A DNA stretch of 64,000 nucleotides from a virus (IMGVR_UViG_3300013104_000019:23474-87473); one strand, 5' to 3'; counted from the stretch's first letter, positions 36,765 through 46,009 are shown. Made by a program: numbers and translations. Notes: generated from the letters alone by a model not told the origin.

Positions 36765-37342
36765 TGCTTATCAAAAACTTCGGCATGAGTGCCAAGCGCG
36801 CAGATGCCATGCTGCAACGAATCATGAGCGACATCGAGCGTCGTGCGCCGCTGCCGCAACTCGATCTGCGTTACCTGACGAGCGCGATGAGCATCCCCGT
36901 CGGCGGCAACATGGTGCCCGTGCCGTCCATCTCGGCATTCTTCGAAGATCGTGGTTTTCATGCCCTCATCCTCGAAGAAGATCCGAACGCAGAAGAACTG
37001 ACGATCATCCTCACGCATACGCGGCCGAACAACGACGGCGTGGCTGAGCGCGGCTTTTACACCACGTACAAGGCCAAGCCGCAGGCAGCGGTGTTCGTCT
37101 CGTTCGACATTCTCCAGTTCTTCCTCGAACGCGTCGAGCACCTGAACGTGAAGGACGCAGAAGACGAATGGGTGCCGAACCCGGTGCTGCGCAAGCCGCT
37201 CGAAGTCGAGAACCTGCTCAAGGCCGCTTATCCCGACCTGCCGCAGGAATACACGTGGAAGCTGAACCTCGAAGCCAAGAAGCCGGACAACCAGCCGGTG
37301 GTCGAGTTCCATGCTACCAATCCGCAAGGAGACTCGAAGTGA
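36761..37342 (+). CDS. hypothetical protein
   Basis: ATGA overlap with the upstream gene. Confidence 0.55.
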   Translation: MMLIKNFGMSAKRADAMLQRIMSDIERRAPLPQLDLRYLTSAMSIPVGGNMVPVPSISAFFEDRGFHALILEEDPNAEELTIILTHTRPNNDGVAERGFYTTYKAKPQAAVFVSFDILQFFLERVEHLNVKDAEDEWVPNPVLRKPLEVENLLKAAYPDLPQEYTWKLNLEAKKPDNQPVVEFHATNPQGDSK

Positions 37343-38205
37343 GCGACGTATTCGAGAAGAGCGGCCCGGAAGTCCTTTTCTTTATCCGCGACAACCAAGT
37401 CAACCCGCATCTGCTGGAAAACTTGGCTGCACGGGTGATGGCGTTCGAGAAGGACTACGAAGGACAGCTGAACCAAGCAGTCGCATCGACCACGCATTTG
37501 CGTCAAGAAACGATGCGTACCGCTGAAGGTGAGCACGAGGGCTTTCTACTCACGGTCCACTACTACAAGGAAGCGGACCCGAAGGACGCCTCTGTCTGGC
37601 ACACGCAGTACTGGTTCTTGACCCAGAACGAAGACAAGCTTTTCAATTCGATCTGGGAACTCGGCGAAAGCGCAGACGCATCCCAGCAGGATGAATCGAC
37701 GATGAAGATGATGGGCTATGGCGGAATGCCCTTCGGTCAGCAGCGTGCTGCATACAACCAGACGGCGCTTCAGCAGATCCGTGAAGCGCTACTGCAAGTC
37801 TCGGGGCGTCACCCGGTGCTCCTGAACGAAGAAACCGGACTCGTGATCAAGCCGCTGCATCGTAACGGTGCCAACGATTTCGAGCTGGCTTTTCGTGATT
37901 CGTTCATCTCGCTGACGCTCAATCCCGAAGGACTACGCGTTATTGTGTTCTGGCACAACGAAGGACGCGATCCGTTCGGCGACAAGACCACCGGCATTCG
38001 TTTCACGGTCGATCAAAACGATCCACTAGCGACTGCCAAGATCGTGCGAGAAGTGCTGAACGTCTACGTCGAAGTAGTACCGGGTTTCCGAATCGACGTT
38101 TGGCCGGACATCGTGCTTTATCAGGTTAAGTCGAAGGAGCCGCTCGACGTCATCCTGAAGGACGAAGAACGCCCCGAATGGCAACGGTTCCCTGAACTGC
38201 CGTAG
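37339..38205 (+). CDS. hypothetical protein (GTG start)
   Basis: Track ORF trimmed to the GTG overlapping the upstream stop, after RBS gcaaggagactcgaaGTG. Confidence 0.55.
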   Translation: MSDVFEKSGPEVLFFIRDNQVNPHLLENLAARVMAFEKDYEGQLNQAVASTTHLRQETMRTAEGEHEGFLLTVHYYKEADPKDASVWHTQYWFLTQNEDKLFNSIWELGESADASQQDESTMKMMGYGGMPFGQQRAAYNQTALQQIREALLQVSGRHPVLLNEETGLVIKPLHRNGANDFELAFRDSFISLTLNPEGLRVIVFWHNEGRDPFGDKTTGIRFTVDQNDPLATAKIVREVLNVYVEVVPGFRIDVWPDIVLYQVKSKEPLDVILKDEERPEWQRFPELP

Positions 38206-38281
38206 TACGGGTAAGTAGCACGATTTTATGGGAGACGACTGACCACCGCTCCCATTTTATCCACTTTTCGGGGCTAAGTTA

Positions 38282-38716
38282 ATGAGCAGCAAGGCCAAGG
38301 TGTTCTTCGATTCAGTGTTGAACGAAATGCGTTCGAGCAAGGTGTCTCGTCTGAACGGAATGGTGAAGACGAACAAAGTTGAGCGTGGCGGGAAAAACCA
38401 AGAGACGATTGAAGTTTCGTCCTCGGCTATCTCGTTCAAAGATTCGGTGACCGGTACAATGGAAATCACCGTGCTCGACCGACCACCTGGCTATCCGCAT
38501 AAGTCAGGCGGGGGCGTGACGTTCTTCGTTGAACCGGGCGATAACAATTTCAAACGCATTGCTCGGGACATTCTCTTCTGGATGTCGCTACACAGTACGG
38601 GGTTCAGGGACAAGATCGATCCGCGCTCGATCATCGACGCGTACAAGGATTGTCAGCTTCCGACACTTCAAAATCAACATTGGCGAACGAATCGTCAGAC
38701 GGTTGCTTACGTCTAG
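38282..38716 (+). CDS. hypothetical protein
   Basis: 144-aa ORF. Confidence 0.5.
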   Translation: MSSKAKVFFDSVLNEMRSSKVSRLNGMVKTNKVERGGKNQETIEVSSSAISFKDSVTGTMEITVLDRPPGYPHKSGGGVTFFVEPGDNNFKRIARDILFWMSLHSTGFRDKIDPRSIIDAYKDCQLPTLQNQHWRTNRQTVAYV

Positions 38717-38769
38717 ACGATGCTATGACACTAGGCAATATAGCCTAGGTCTATGCGGGAGAGACCCTT

Positions 38770-38964
38770 ATGAATACGAGCTATTTGGTTGGGATGTTGC
38801 TGGTGTTGTGGGTGGCAGGCGTGCTGGGAGCCATGTACTTTTCCATGGTACGCGCCACTGTCGGACTGACGCAGTTGCATGTGTTTCGCATCCGCATTGC
38901 GGTGGCGACCGGTGGACTCGTTTCCATTCTGGCTCTCTACCTGAACAAGATGTTGTTTTCGTGA
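38770..38964 (+). CDS. small two-helix membrane protein (64 aa)
   Basis: Hydrophobic segments LVGMLLVLWVAGVLGAMYF and IAVATGGLVSILALYL; terminator follows. Confidence 0.4.
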   Translation: MNTSYLVGMLLVLWVAGVLGAMYFSMVRATVGLTQLHVFRIRIAVATGGLVSILALYLNKMLFS

Positions 38965-38968
38965 GTCT

Positions 38969-38998
38969 ACGGGGGGCCTTTGGCTCCCCGCTTATGCC
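38969..38998 (+). terminator. intrinsic terminator with TTATGCC tail
   Basis: cggggggcctttggctccccg then cttatgccc. Confidence 0.7.
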
Positions 38999-39022
38999 CT
39001 AAGGAGGACAAGAGCCCAAAAG

Positions 39023-39051
39023 TTGTTTTATACGTACTACAACCATATTCT
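39023..39051 (+). promoter_or_regulatory. sigma70-like promoter (TTGTTT-N17-TATTCT)
   Basis: Located in the 170-nt gap after terminator 38969-38998, upstream of 39162. Confidence 0.4.
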
Positions 39052-39161
39052 GGGGTAAGTCCCCCCTAGAATCGATAGTCAAAATAAGAGACTCGCAATC
39101 GCCGTAGATTCCGGGACATGAAGAAAAGCAGTTTCCTTCAACCAGAGCGAGGTTTTTAAGA

Positions 39162-39593
39162 ATGCGAATCAGGAAATCGAGACTATTGATGACCTTCGAA
39201 CAGCTTTGCAAAGAGTTGGAACAAAGGTCATTGCGTGAAATTGACGTATGTGCGTTTCACACGCGACTCATGGACAAGACAGCGTACGCGTTGTCAGTTT
39301 CCAAACAAGGGTTGTTTGTGGTACTTACACAGGCGGAGTCAGATTCTCCGAAACACGTCAAGTTGATCACGCTGAAGTTGAGTGGCGGTGAAACGGCTTA
39401 CAGGGCAAAAGTCCATGTGATCCACGAGAACGACATCCAGACGATGGCGTTTATCACCACATTCTTCTTCTACGAAGGAATCAGGCCGGATGACCTATCT
39501 GACCTGTATAAAGCATTTCCTGATCTGGACGATTATCGGCATGTGGTGCAGATTGACTCGAAAGAGTTGGATCTAAGCGGCTTTCCGATGTAG
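39162..39593 (+). CDS. hypothetical protein
   Basis: First gene after a 170-nt intergenic region carrying a sigma70-like promoter. Confidence 0.5.
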   Translation: MRIRKSRLLMTFEQLCKELEQRSLREIDVCAFHTRLMDKTAYALSVSKQGLFVVLTQAESDSPKHVKLITLKLSGGETAYRAKVHVIHENDIQTMAFITTFFFYEGIRPDDLSDLYKAFPDLDDYRHVVQIDSKELDLSGFPM

Positions 39594-39618
39594 AGTCGTC
39601 CCTATTGGGAGAATAACA

Positions 39619-40059
39619 ATGCAGACGCAAGAGAAGATAAAAAAGGCGGTCGGGTTCTGGCAATACGTGAAGCAATCACCAACGGATGCGTGCGAAATTG
39701 ACCGAGATCGCGCAATGGAATACATCCGTTGTAACACGTTAAATGTCAACACCTTTAAATTGGTAATGCTGGGGGCAAGCATTGCGTTCAATCAGGCACG
39801 CAAAAAGGACAAGGATGTACTCGGCTTCTACGCGGATTTCGTAGCGGATGATGTCTACAACACCGAAGGAAAACCCTTAGGTGCTGTGACTATCAGGGCT
39901 GAAATTCGCCGTGAAGAAGTGAGTCCAAAGGCGAAGGATCGTTCATCGTTTTACGAGTTCACGCTGCTGGTTAATCTCGACGGCAAGATTGTCGATGTTG
40001 ACTATCGAAAACTCCAAAGACAACTCGCCGCCAACCAACAACCTATGAGAGGTTATTGA
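39619..40059 (+). CDS. hypothetical protein
   Basis: RBS gggagaataacaATG. Confidence 0.55.
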   Translation: MQTQEKIKKAVGFWQYVKQSPTDACEIDRDRAMEYIRCNTLNVNTFKLVMLGASIAFNQARKKDKDVLGFYADFVADDVYNTEGKPLGAVTIRAEIRREEVSPKAKDRSSFYEFTLLVNLDGKIVDVDYRKLQRQLAANQQPMRGY

Positions 40060-40060
40060 C

Positions 40061-40426
40061 ATGCTAGGTTATATGCGGAACAGAAAGCGGATTGTGCAGG
40101 GCGAAACCATCGCTCAACATAGGCCGCGTACAATCCCTGAAAACATTTACATGTGGGGTGGTTCTTTCTGGGATGCATGGAAGAAACAATCCAGTCCTCT
40201 CGCACAGCAGCAATTGGATCAGATGGTGGCTCAGTTCAAACGTTCGACACGGATGTCTGAATTGCGCTTTTACCGTTCTGGTTCGGTTTTAACCATTCAA
40301 GCAGGCAGCAGTAGCTTGCGTGTTGAGATGCTTTGGGAAAACGGACAAGTCGTAGAGGTAGTCGACTTGGCTCGCTCAGAGCGCTCAGCGAAGAATGCGT
40401 ATCGCACGTCACAATCTTCCCTTTAA
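40061..40426 (+). CDS. hypothetical protein
   Basis: 121-aa ORF immediately after the upstream stop. Confidence 0.5.
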   Translation: MLGYMRNRKRIVQGETIAQHRPRTIPENIYMWGGSFWDAWKKQSSPLAQQQLDQMVAQFKRSTRMSELRFYRSGSVLTIQAGSSSLRVEMLWENGQVVEVVDLARSERSAKNAYRTSQSSL

Positions 40427-40451
40427 CAACCTTTAGGAATAAGGTTCCAAA

Positions 40452-40709
40452 ATGAAAACCCTGCAAGGACTCGTCCTCGCAATAAGCGCACTCACCGCAC
40501 TGAGTGCTTCGGCCATCACGAAAGATGAAGTGGTTCGCGATGCAATCAAGAAAGGCGCAATCGTCGTTGTGTGCGACAACGGATTGTGTAAGGACTACAA
40601 GACCCGAGAAGTGGTAGGCGAGGGTCAAAATGGAATGTACCTCATGTATCCGAAAGGGCATGAGGAAGAAGAAAAGCAAACGGCGAGGCTACTGGCCAAT
40701 GCCGAGTGA
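40452..40709 (+). CDS. small secreted protein (signal peptide)
   Basis: MKTLQGLVLAISALTALSASA signal peptide. RBS aggaataaggttccaaaATG. Confidence 0.5.
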   Translation: MKTLQGLVLAISALTALSASAITKDEVVRDAIKKGAIVVVCDNGLCKDYKTREVVGEGQNGMYLMYPKGHEEEEKQTARLLANAE

Positions 40710-40733
40710 GGTGTAGGAGAAGTCTTTTTCGGA

Positions 40734-40760
40734 CGGGGGCGATTTGCCCCCATTATGCCG
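40734..40760 (+). terminator. intrinsic terminator with TTATGCC tail
   Basis: gggggcgatttgccccc then attatgccg. Confidence 0.65.
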
Positions 40761-40783
40761 TTAGGACCAAGTGAGGAATAACA

Positions 40784-40939
40784 ATGACACTTCCAGAAGA
40801 GACGGAGACAAGCAAGGCAAGGATCGGTAAGACGCCGCTTGTTATCATTCTGATCGCAATGGCAGGCGCAGCCTTGTTCTTCGCTTACCAGTTGGCACTC
40901 TTGTTGTATCCAGCACTTCGCCATGTAGATTTATTGTAG
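40784..40939 (+). CDS. small membrane protein (51 aa), not in ORF track
   Basis: atgacacttcc...ttgtag encodes MTLPEETETSKARIGKTPLVIILIAMAGAALFFAYQLALLLYPALRHVDLL. Strong RBS agtgaggaataacaATG after a terminator. Confidence 0.35.
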   Translation: MTLPEETETSKARIGKTPLVIILIAMAGAALFFAYQLALLLYPALRHVDLL

Positions 40940-41020
40940 GGCTGTATGTAGTAGTGGACAGTACCTGTTCCTTCAGTTAGTTTCAATCCGAATAGAAGCA
41001 GCCGCGTAGATTGGGTCTAC

Positions 41021-41060
41021 GTTTGGCACTAGCTCGCTAAGCTAGGCAATACCTTGCCAA
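41021..41060 (+). promoter_or_regulatory. dyad-symmetry-rich regulatory region (TTGGCA; CTAGCT-N5-AGCTAG; CCTTGCCAAGG)
   Basis: Inverted repeat CTAGCTcgctaAGCTAG and near-palindrome ccttgccaagg in the 143-nt gap before 41083. Confidence 0.35.
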
Positions 41061-41082
41061 GGTAATCTATTTGGAGTTAGAA

Positions 41083-41508
41083 ATGACCACTGAAGTAAAT
41101 GTGATTGAAGCGTTGTTGGGACAGGTGCTGGTGAAGGCAGAAAAGATCGATGTAGGATTCAGGAGGGGCGAACAAGACCAGTTGGTGTTTTGGCTGGCCG
41201 ATGGTCGCGTCTACATGTTCACGCACGATCAAGATTGCTGTGAACTCGTCTACATCGAATCCATCGTTGGTGATCTGAATGATCTGGTAGGGGCTCCGTT
41301 GCTGATGGCGGAGGAAGTTGTATCCGAACCGGAGATTAAGAATCGCGAAGCAGGCGATGATGGTGAGACATGGACGTTTTACAAGTTTGCTACCTTGAAG
41401 GGCTATGTCGATGTCCGGTGGATTGGTTCATCGAACGGCTACTACTCGGAGTCGGTAGATCACGGCTTCTTGGATATCGAGGTGCAAAAGCAGTTGCCGT
41501 CTTCTTAA
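41083..41508 (+). CDS. hypothetical protein
   Basis: Trimmed to MTTEVNV after ggagttagaaATG; terminator follows. Confidence 0.55.
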   Translation: MTTEVNVIEALLGQVLVKAEKIDVGFRRGEQDQLVFWLADGRVYMFTHDQDCCELVYIESIVGDLNDLVGAPLLMAEEVVSEPEIKNREAGDDGETWTFYKFATLKGYVDVRWIGSSNGYYSESVDHGFLDIEVQKQLPSS

Positions 41509-41523
41509 CCCTGTAGGAATGGA

Positions 41524-41560
41524 AAGCACGCTGGCGTCAAGCCGGTGTGCTTTTTATGCC
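41524..41560 (+). terminator. intrinsic terminator with TTTATGCC tail
   Basis: agcacgctggcgtcaagccggtgtgct then ttttatgccg. Confidence 0.7.
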
Positions 41561-41618
41561 GTCATTTTGTGTAGTCTTTCTTTTTTTGTCTTCATCTACA
41601 CAAATTACGGGGGCCAGC

Positions 41619-42080
41619 ATGTGGCGTGGCTTTAAACGATTCTGGCACGACCAGATCACGACCCCGAACGGCGACATTGATCCTGCTCGCGTTTGGGGGT
41701 ATCTCATCATCGGCTGTGGCGGCATGCTTTACAACTTCTTCGAGTACTACGAAGTGGTGATCAAGGGCCAGCCGTTTGATCCGAATGCTTACGCTGATGG
41801 CCTCATCAAAGTCGGCACAGCACTGCTGGCAGCCGCTGCTGGTATCTGGATCAAGAAGGGTGCAGAAGCGCCTTACAACCCGACTGTAGCGGCTGCTAAC
41901 ATGCCGGATGATCCGGGCGTGCAAGCCGCAGCAGGCAACCCTGCTGGTACCGATCCGCAAGGCGCACAAATGACGCTTGACGGTATGAGTGCCCTTGCGC
42001 AGGACGAGATCAATCAAGCGCAGACACTGGCTGACAAGTTCAAGCAGCTGTGGCAGTCGGTCAAGAACATCTTCAAGTAA
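41619..42080 (+). CDS. two-TM holin-like membrane protein (candidate)
   Basis: Trimmed to MWRGFKRFW. TM1 VWGYLIIGCGGMLYNFF, TM2 LIKVGTALLAAAAGIWI, polar charged C-terminal tail. Topology only, no family match. Confidence 0.4.
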   Translation: MWRGFKRFWHDQITTPNGDIDPARVWGYLIIGCGGMLYNFFEYYEVVIKGQPFDPNAYADGLIKVGTALLAAAAGIWIKKGAEAPYNPTVAAANMPDDPGVQAAAGNPAGTDPQGAQMTLDGMSALAQDEINQAQTLADKFKQLWQSVKNIFK

Positions 42081-42089
42081 GGAATAACA

Positions 42090-42629
42090 ATGATCACTGC
42101 ACGCTACGTCGCATTTGTTTTTTTGTCCTTGTTCATCACGGTTGTGGCTTGGATCATCTCCCCGATTCTTGCCTGCCTGGTGAATAAGGAAGGGAACTTG
42201 CCGAACTGGCTCTACTGGTTCCAGACTTTCGACAACACCTGCGATGCCGGCTGGAAGGTGCAAGGCAGTTACGGCACCTATCTGAAAGATGGCGCGGTAC
42301 CCACGGGATTTACGTTGTGGCGCTATCGCTGGTTCTGGCTGTGTCGAAACCCCGCGTATGGTTGGGATTACTTCCCGTTGGGCATTGAATGGGACAAAGA
42401 TGACTGGACTGTCATCAAGTGGTCGTCCCAAGATGCCAACCCGAACTTCTATTACGCCCGCTCGAAGCAAGGTTACTTCAGCTGGGTGTACATCAACGAC
42501 CACATCCAACTGAAATTCGGTTGGAAGTCGTGGGGACTTTTTGATCGTGCGACTGGTACATACACCGATGGCCAATTCGGTCCGGAGAAACGCCAGCCGT
42601 TGTGTTTCACCATCGTTCCACGCTTCTAG
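42090..42629 (+). CDS. membrane-anchored hypothetical protein
   Basis: N-terminal TM VAFVFLSLFITVVAWIISPILACLV, then an aromatic-rich domain. Confidence 0.5.
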   Translation: MITARYVAFVFLSLFITVVAWIISPILACLVNKEGNLPNWLYWFQTFDNTCDAGWKVQGSYGTYLKDGAVPTGFTLWRYRWFWLCRNPAYGWDYFPLGIEWDKDDWTVIKWSSQDANPNFYYARSKQGYFSWVYINDHIQLKFGWKSWGLFDRATGTYTDGQFGPEKRQPLCFTIVPRF

Positions 42630-42638
42630 GAGAAGATC

Positions 42639-42887
42639 ATGCCGTCGAAAACGCCGGAGCAAGCCAAGTTCATGCGGGCTGCTTGCCATGACAAGAAGAT
42701 CGCGGATTCGCACCACATCAAGCAGGAAACTGCTTGCGAATTCGTCCGGGCAGATCAGGCACAAGCACGTGCACAAGCGAAAGGCCAGAAGCCTGCTCGC
42801 GAAGGCATGACCATCAGTCCGTCGGCTGCCGTGTCCACCACCGGCTACGTGCATCCGACGGGCCAACCTCCCTTCAAGGTGTTCTAA
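42639..42887 (+). CDS. small basic hypothetical protein
   Basis: 82-aa ORF. Confidence 0.45.
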   Translation: MPSKTPEQAKFMRAACHDKKIADSHHIKQETACEFVRADQAQARAQAKGQKPAREGMTISPSAAVSTTGYVHPTGQPPFKVF

Positions 42888-42952
42888 TGGCTTTTCCGAT
42901 TCAGTGGTATCTGTTCTGGTCCGTCATGTTGCGGTCCTGCTGGGGGTTCTAA

Positions 42953-43351
42953 ATGGCTAAAGCCCAACTCGATTCTCAAGCGGTCTACATGCCGCCGCGC
43001 GGGATGCCGCTTGCGCAAATCCCGAACTTTCAGGGTTATCCCTGCACGATCATTGGCGTCGGTCCGACCGACCGAGTGAGCGCAGTGGTGAAGGCTCCGG
43101 CGGGCACGGGACCCTACACGTCGTATGCGGTCGAAAACGTACCGTATTGCGATGCGGATACCGATCCGTCGCAGGTACCCATCAAGGGCGGTTACGTGGC
43201 TCCGGTCGGCTTCACACCGCCGAGCTATACGCCGCCTCCGGTGACCAACGCAGCAGGTCAGGTGATCGTGCCCGAAACCATCTGGGCGAATCCGAATACG
43301 ACGCCTTCGTCGACGGCGTTGAATACGCCGAACACCATTCCGCTGCCGTAA
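42953..43351 (+). CDS. Pro/Thr-rich hypothetical protein
   Basis: 132-aa ORF. Confidence 0.45.
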   Translation: MAKAQLDSQAVYMPPRGMPLAQIPNFQGYPCTIIGVGPTDRVSAVVKAPAGTGPYTSYAVENVPYCDADTDPSQVPIKGGYVAPVGFTPPSYTPPPVTNAAGQVIVPETIWANPNTTPSSTALNTPNTIPLP

Positions 43352-43395
43352 TTCTGTAGGGACTCCCTACACAACCCTTTCCTGAGGAAACAATC

Positions 43396-43680
43396 ATGAC
43401 CGTTGCAGTCAACAGCGCCGCTCTCTTTTTCCAGCAGTTCAATCACGTACCGGACAACAGCCCCTCCGAAGGGCTGAAAGCAACCGTGGTCGGCGTCTAC
43501 GACGGCGGCCTGCGTGTGGACGTGGTCGTGCGCAAGCCGGCCACCGTACCGCAAACGCCGGATTCGATCTGGACCGAGCGTGCCGTTCCGTTCGTGGCTG
43601 ACGGCGCTACGCCGCCGGCGACGGGTTTCTTCGTCACGCCGACGGACTTCACCTTCCCGGCACCTCCGTCGGGCAGCTAA
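43396..43680 (+). CDS. hypothetical protein
   Basis: 94-aa ORF. Confidence 0.45.
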   Translation: MTVAVNSAALFFQQFNHVPDNSPSEGLKATVVGVYDGGLRVDVVVRKPATVPQTPDSIWTERAVPFVADGATPPATGFFVTPTDFTFPAPPSGS

Positions 43681-43694
43681 GCTGGGGGTCCGTC

Positions 43695-43979
43695 ATGTAT
43701 GGCAAGCGCATCTTCTCCGATGAGGAGGGTCGGTTCCCTTGTACCATGGAGCCGGGAAGTTACGGATGTGCGACGAACGATCGCATGAAAAGTACGTTTG
43801 CCGCATGGTGGAATGTCTGTACGCCTGATGGCTCGGTGGTGCAACTCGATCCGAACAAACACACGGTCACTGAACACGACGACGGCAGCATCTCCGTGTG
43901 GCCTTCCATCACGACCCGTGAGTGGTATGGCTGGTTGATTGCCGGTGTCTGGACGGAACACCATCCGATCAAGCATTAG
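43695..43979 (+). CDS. hypothetical protein, paralog family 'CPDGS...PSI...W.GWL'
   Basis: ...WWNVCTPDGSVVQLDPNKHTVTEHDDGSISVWPSITTREWYGWLIAGVWTEH aligns with 44361..44729. Confidence 0.55.
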   Translation: MYGKRIFSDEEGRFPCTMEPGSYGCATNDRMKSTFAAWWNVCTPDGSVVQLDPNKHTVTEHDDGSISVWPSITTREWYGWLIAGVWTEHHPIKH

Positions 43980-43983
43980 CGTC

Positions 43984-44012
43984 CGGGGAGGCTTCGGCCT
44001 CCCCGATATGTC
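43984..44012 (+). terminator. intrinsic terminator
   Basis: cggggaggcTTCGgcctccccg then atatgtcc. Confidence 0.65.
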
Positions 44013-44029
44013 CGCAACAGGAGAAAAGC

Positions 44030-44368
44030 ATGTATCGCATGCAATCGGGGAAAGTTGTCATCAGTGGTGACTGGCGTCCGTTTCGAGACGCTATCGAACG
44101 AGCGATGAAAGAGGAGGGAATCGAAAAGGAAGTCGTCGTCCACGAAGACGGACGCAGCGAGAGCATCCCGACGCAAGTCTGGAATATCGGCTGTCTTGCC
44201 ATTCTCAGCTACTTGGAACAAACCAAGAAGACGTGTGGGGATTGCAAGAAGGAGTTGACAAGCGGGGACGATATCCGTTGTCTGGATTGTCGCTGGTTGA
44301 TGTGTCCTGCGTGTGCAGAGAAACACTTCTGGCCCAATGGACGACCCAAAGAGAGCCGTCATGCTTAA
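44030..44368 (+). CDS. zinc-finger protein
   Basis: Trimmed to MYRMQSG after RBS caggagaaaagcATG. Contains CGDCKKEL...CLDCRWLMCPACAEKHF. Confidence 0.5.
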   Translation: MYRMQSGKVVISGDWRPFRDAIERAMKEEGIEKEVVVHEDGRSESIPTQVWNIGCLAILSYLEQTKKTCGDCKKELTSGDDIRCLDCRWLMCPACAEKHFWPNGRPKESRHA

Positions 44369-44729
44369 AGGGATTCGGGTCTATGCGAATGAGAAGGGCT
44401 TGCTCGATCGCGAGCAGATGCGACAACCCGGCGCGTATGGTAAGCCGACGTTTGACTTCGTGAAGAAGTACGGACCGAACGTCTTTCGCATGACATGGTG
44501 GGAAGTGACGTGTCCGGACGGCAGTGGCTGTACTTTGAATCCGGAGATCCACAGCGTCACCATCATGGAAAACGGCAGCATCACCGTCTATCCGTCCATT
44601 GTCACACCGACGTGGCACGGATGGCTTGAGTGCGGTGTGTGGCGTCACGTGAACGAAGTACCGAACCAGGTGGAGCTGGCTCGTCTTGCTAAAGAGGTAG
44701 GAGAGCAAAATGGGTTTGCGTCAAGGTAA
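44361..44729 (+). CDS. hypothetical protein, paralog of 43695..43979
   Basis: ...WWEVTCPDGSGCTLNPEIHSVTIMENGSITVYPSIVTPTWHGWLECGVWRHV. Confidence 0.55.
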   Translation: MLKGIRVYANEKGLLDREQMRQPGAYGKPTFDFVKKYGPNVFRMTWWEVTCPDGSGCTLNPEIHSVTIMENGSITVYPSIVTPTWHGWLECGVWRHVNEVPNQVELARLAKEVGEQNGFASR

Positions 44730-45018
44730 GACCATCTACGAGATGCGTGAAGGGATGTTCTATTTCGAGTGTCCGGGTTGTAAGTACGGTCACGCCTTCT
44801 ACACCAAGGATGGACCCATCTCGAATGGGGTGGAGCAGTTGTGGCAATTCAACGGCGATCTGGATAAACCCACGATCATGCCGAGTCTGGATGTGTGTCG
44901 AGACGACCCGACACACCGCTGTCATTCGTGGATCAAGAACGGGATGATCGAATTTTTAAGTGACTCGCATCATTCTCTGCGAGGACAGACTGTCCCGATC
45001 CCCGAACTCGAAGATTAA
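44710..45018 (+). CDS. Cys/His-rich protein distantly related to the two preceding paralogs
   Basis: [12 protein letters not shown]...[16 protein letters not shown]...[20 protein letters not shown]. Confidence 0.5.
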   Translation: MGLRQGKTIYEMREGMFYFECPGCKYGHAFYTKDGPISNGVEQLWQFNGDLDKPTIMPSLDVCRDDPTHRCHSWIKNGMIEFLSDSHHSLRGQTVPIPELED

Positions 45019-45034
45019 CACTGGAGAAAAATCC

Positions 45035-45544
45035 ATGAGCAAGGTCCAACTCGAAACCTCCCTCGGCAATATCGTTCTCGAACTCAATGCCGAAAAGGCA
45101 CCGAAGACGGTCGAGAACTTCCTCGCCTACGTGAAGTCCGGCCAATACGACGGCACGGTCTTCCATCGCGTGATCAACGGTTTCATGATCCAAGGCGGCG
45201 GCTTCGAACAAGGCATGAAGCAAAAGCCCACGAAGGAGCCGATCAGCAACGAAGCGAACAACGGCCTGAAGAACGACGAGTACTCGATCGCGATGGCGCG
45301 CACCAACGACCCGCATTCGGCCACCGCCCAGTTCTTCATCAACGTCAACAACAACGACTTCCTGAACCACTCGACCCCGACGCCGCAAGGCTGGGGCTAC
45401 GCCGTGTTCGGCAAGGTCGTCGAAGGCCAGAACGTCGTCGACCTGATCAAGCAGGTCAAGACCGGCAATCGCGGCTTCCACCAGGACGTGCCGGTCGAAG
45501 ACGTCGTCATCAAGACGGTCACCGTGCTGGAAGAAGCTGCGTAA
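45035..45544 (+). CDS. ppiB: cyclophilin-type peptidyl-prolyl cis-trans isomerase
   Basis: Near-collinear with E. coli Ppi[63 protein letters not shown]...[19 protein letters not shown]...[16 protein letters not shown]. Confidence 0.9.
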   Translation: MSKVQLETSLGNIVLELNAEKAPKTVENFLAYVKSGQYDGTVFHRVINGFMIQGGGFEQGMKQKPTKEPISNEANNGLKNDEYSIAMARTNDPHSATAQFFINVNNNDFLNHSTPTPQGWGYAVFGKVVEGQNVVDLIKQVKTGNRGFHQDVPVEDVVIKTVTVLEEAA

Positions 45545-45559
45545 GTCGTGCGTTGTTCT

Positions 45560-45590
45560 AGAGGAATTCTGTGTTGAATTCCTCTTAACC
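45560..45590 (+). terminator. hairpin (AT-containing) after ppiB
   Basis: agaggaattctgtgttgaattcctct. Confidence 0.5.
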
Positions 45591-45607
45591 ACCACAAGGA
45601 GAGCTTT

Positions 45608-46006
45608 ATGTCGGATCAACCGACTCTCGCAACACTGAAGACGACCAGTCCCGTTGGTCCGACTCATCCCGATCCGGCCAACATTCCGGCTGCGCCGACC
45701 GTCGGCGATCTGGAAGTACCGGTTCGACTGCGTTCCTTCGTGAACTCGGTCGTCGCCAACCCGGATCAGCCGTTCACACCGGATGCGGATTTCATCCCCG
45801 TCCTTCAGCGTGCCGTGAACATGCTGGAAAAGCGCGGCCTGACTGCGCCGTGGCGACGCAGCTATTCCGGCTCGGGCGAGAACAAGGGCTGGTCGGTCTA
45901 CGCGGGCAACGATCTTATCGCCTACCTCGGCGGTGACGATACGTTCGGACAAGCCGTTGATGCGATGGTGCTTGCGCACAACAAGGCACTCGGTTACGTG
46001 GAGTAA
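45608..46006 (+). CDS. hypothetical protein
   Basis: RBS accacaaggagagctttATG after a hairpin. Confidence 0.5.
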   Translation: MSDQPTLATLKTTSPVGPTHPDPANIPAAPTVGDLEVPVRLRSFVNSVVANPDQPFTPDADFIPVLQRAVNMLEKRGLTAPWRRSYSGSGENKGWSVYAGNDLIAYLGGDDTFGQAVDAMVLAHNKALGYVE

Positions 46007-46009
46007 TCC

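Noticed and set aside
41592-42866. 424-aa minus-strand ORF
   Set aside because: Antisense to the membrane-protein genes. Arg-rich low-complexity translation with no RBS or operon logic.
44933-45979. 348-aa minus-strand ORF
   Set aside because: Antisense to the cyclophilin gene, which matches PpiB almost residue for residue.
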